Assembly (NCBI GenBank): GCA_043228905.1
Contig: JBHGNT010000018.1
Span: 16,926,001 to 16,990,000 of the forward strand
DNA: 64,000 nt
Reading direction: 5' to 3'
DNA from: Azolla caroliniana
Lineage: Eukaryota; Plantae; Polypodiophyta
Part shown: in pieces, positions 63,398 to 64,000 of the stretch
How positions within the stretch are numbered: position 1 is the stretch's first letter
Layout of the letters: every line of letters starts with the position of its first letter
Program-made: the position numbers and the translations under genes
The notes under the pieces: generated by a model
The model's input: only the letters and a program-made list of their open reading frames with translations
The model's database searches: none
Told to the model about the DNA's origin: nothing

Positions 63398-64000
63398 TCA
63401 GGCTGCTGTATGGGCGGCGGCGGCGGCGACAGCCACCAGGCCGGCCACCGTGAGGAGGAGGAGGAGCTGGGAAAGCGGAAGCCGATTTGAGGCGGCAGAG
63501 GAGGCCGTGAGGGGAGCAGGGGCGGGGCTGAACGCCGCAATGCTTCCGATGGCATCAGCTGTAGCAGAAGGCAGGGAGGTGGAAGTAGTCACAGCTACAC
63601 TCTTTGAAGGAGGAGGAGGAGGAGGAGGAGGAGGAGCGGAGACTGCGTAGGATCCGTTAACGACCACGTATGCGTCGATATGGTGGGAGGTGGATGGAGT
63701 GGAGTAGGATCTCGCAATTGCGGTGGTGGTCGGAAGAGATGGCGGGGCAGCACTAGAAGAATCTGGGGAAGGTGGGTCCAGCAGGTCGGCGGAGGGAGCC
63801 AAGGGCAGCGGAGCGGAGGCAGGGGAAACGGAGCTGCTGCTGCTACTAGGGGTAGTGGGAGTAATGGGGGAGGAGGAGGCGGAGGAGGAAGAGGCAAGGA
63901 GGAGGCGGTCTATGCCATGGCACGTGACGATGTGGGAGAGCGAAGGCGGGCAAATGTCGGGGTGGATGATGTGAGCGCCTTCGATCAGGAAATTGGCAGC
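63398..64000 (-). CDS. Fasciclin-like arabinogalactan protein (FLA), 3' part; 5' end lies outside the window
   Basis: Open frame from the window edge: AANFLIEGAHIIHPDICPPSLSHIVTCHGIDRLL (FAS1 H2 motif), then a Ser/Pro/Ala/Thr-rich AGP region, then a hydrophobic GPI-signal-like C-terminus. Confidence 0.85.
   Translation of the reverse strand, partial: AANFLIEGAHIIHPDICPPSLSHIVTCHGIDRLLLASSSSASSSPITPTTPSSSSSSVSPASAPLPLAPSADLLDPPSPDSSSAAPPSLPTTTAIARSYSTPSTSHHIDAYVVVNGSYAVSAPPPPPPPPPSKSVAVTTSTSLPSATADAIGSIAAFSPAPAPLTASSAASNRLPLSQLLLLLTVAGLVAVAAAAAHTAA

Noticed and set aside
63279-63650. Plus-strand Gly/Ala-rich ORF
   Set aside because: Antisense shadow of the FLA coding region; includes a (CT)n tract.

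Overview
Eukaryotic plant genomic DNA, probably from a non-seed land plant (inferred from the transposon lineages present). About 95% of the window is a deeply nested LTR-retrotransposon cluster. The nesting orders are Copia B > Gypsy C > Gypsy D > Gypsy E; Copia B > Copia K; Copia N > solo LTR; Copia G > chromovirus F > solo LTR H and LTR I > Copia J; and Copia M > near-intact Copia L. There is one 100-N assembly gap. The only recognisable host gene is the 3' part of a fasciclin-like arabinogalactan protein (FLA) at the right edge. The most unusual signal is in two diverged non-chromoviral Gypsy families (C, D). Both lack a polypurine tract (PPT) next to the 3' LTR. Instead they carry a tRNA-3'-end-like sequence ending in TGCCA, 2 nt before U3, i.e. 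an inverted second primer-binding site (PBS), suggesting tRNA-primed plus-strand synthesis. Both also share a conserved extra ORF3. A second oddity is a fungal-like (Ylt1-type, inferred) Gypsy lineage with a tRNA-Trp PBS, identical 4-bp ACGC target-site duplications (TSDs), a -1 frameshift signal after the protease and antisense tRNA-like pol III modules inside its LTRs. Identity figures were counted by eye and tRNA matches are from recalled plant tRNA sequences; both need computational confirmation.
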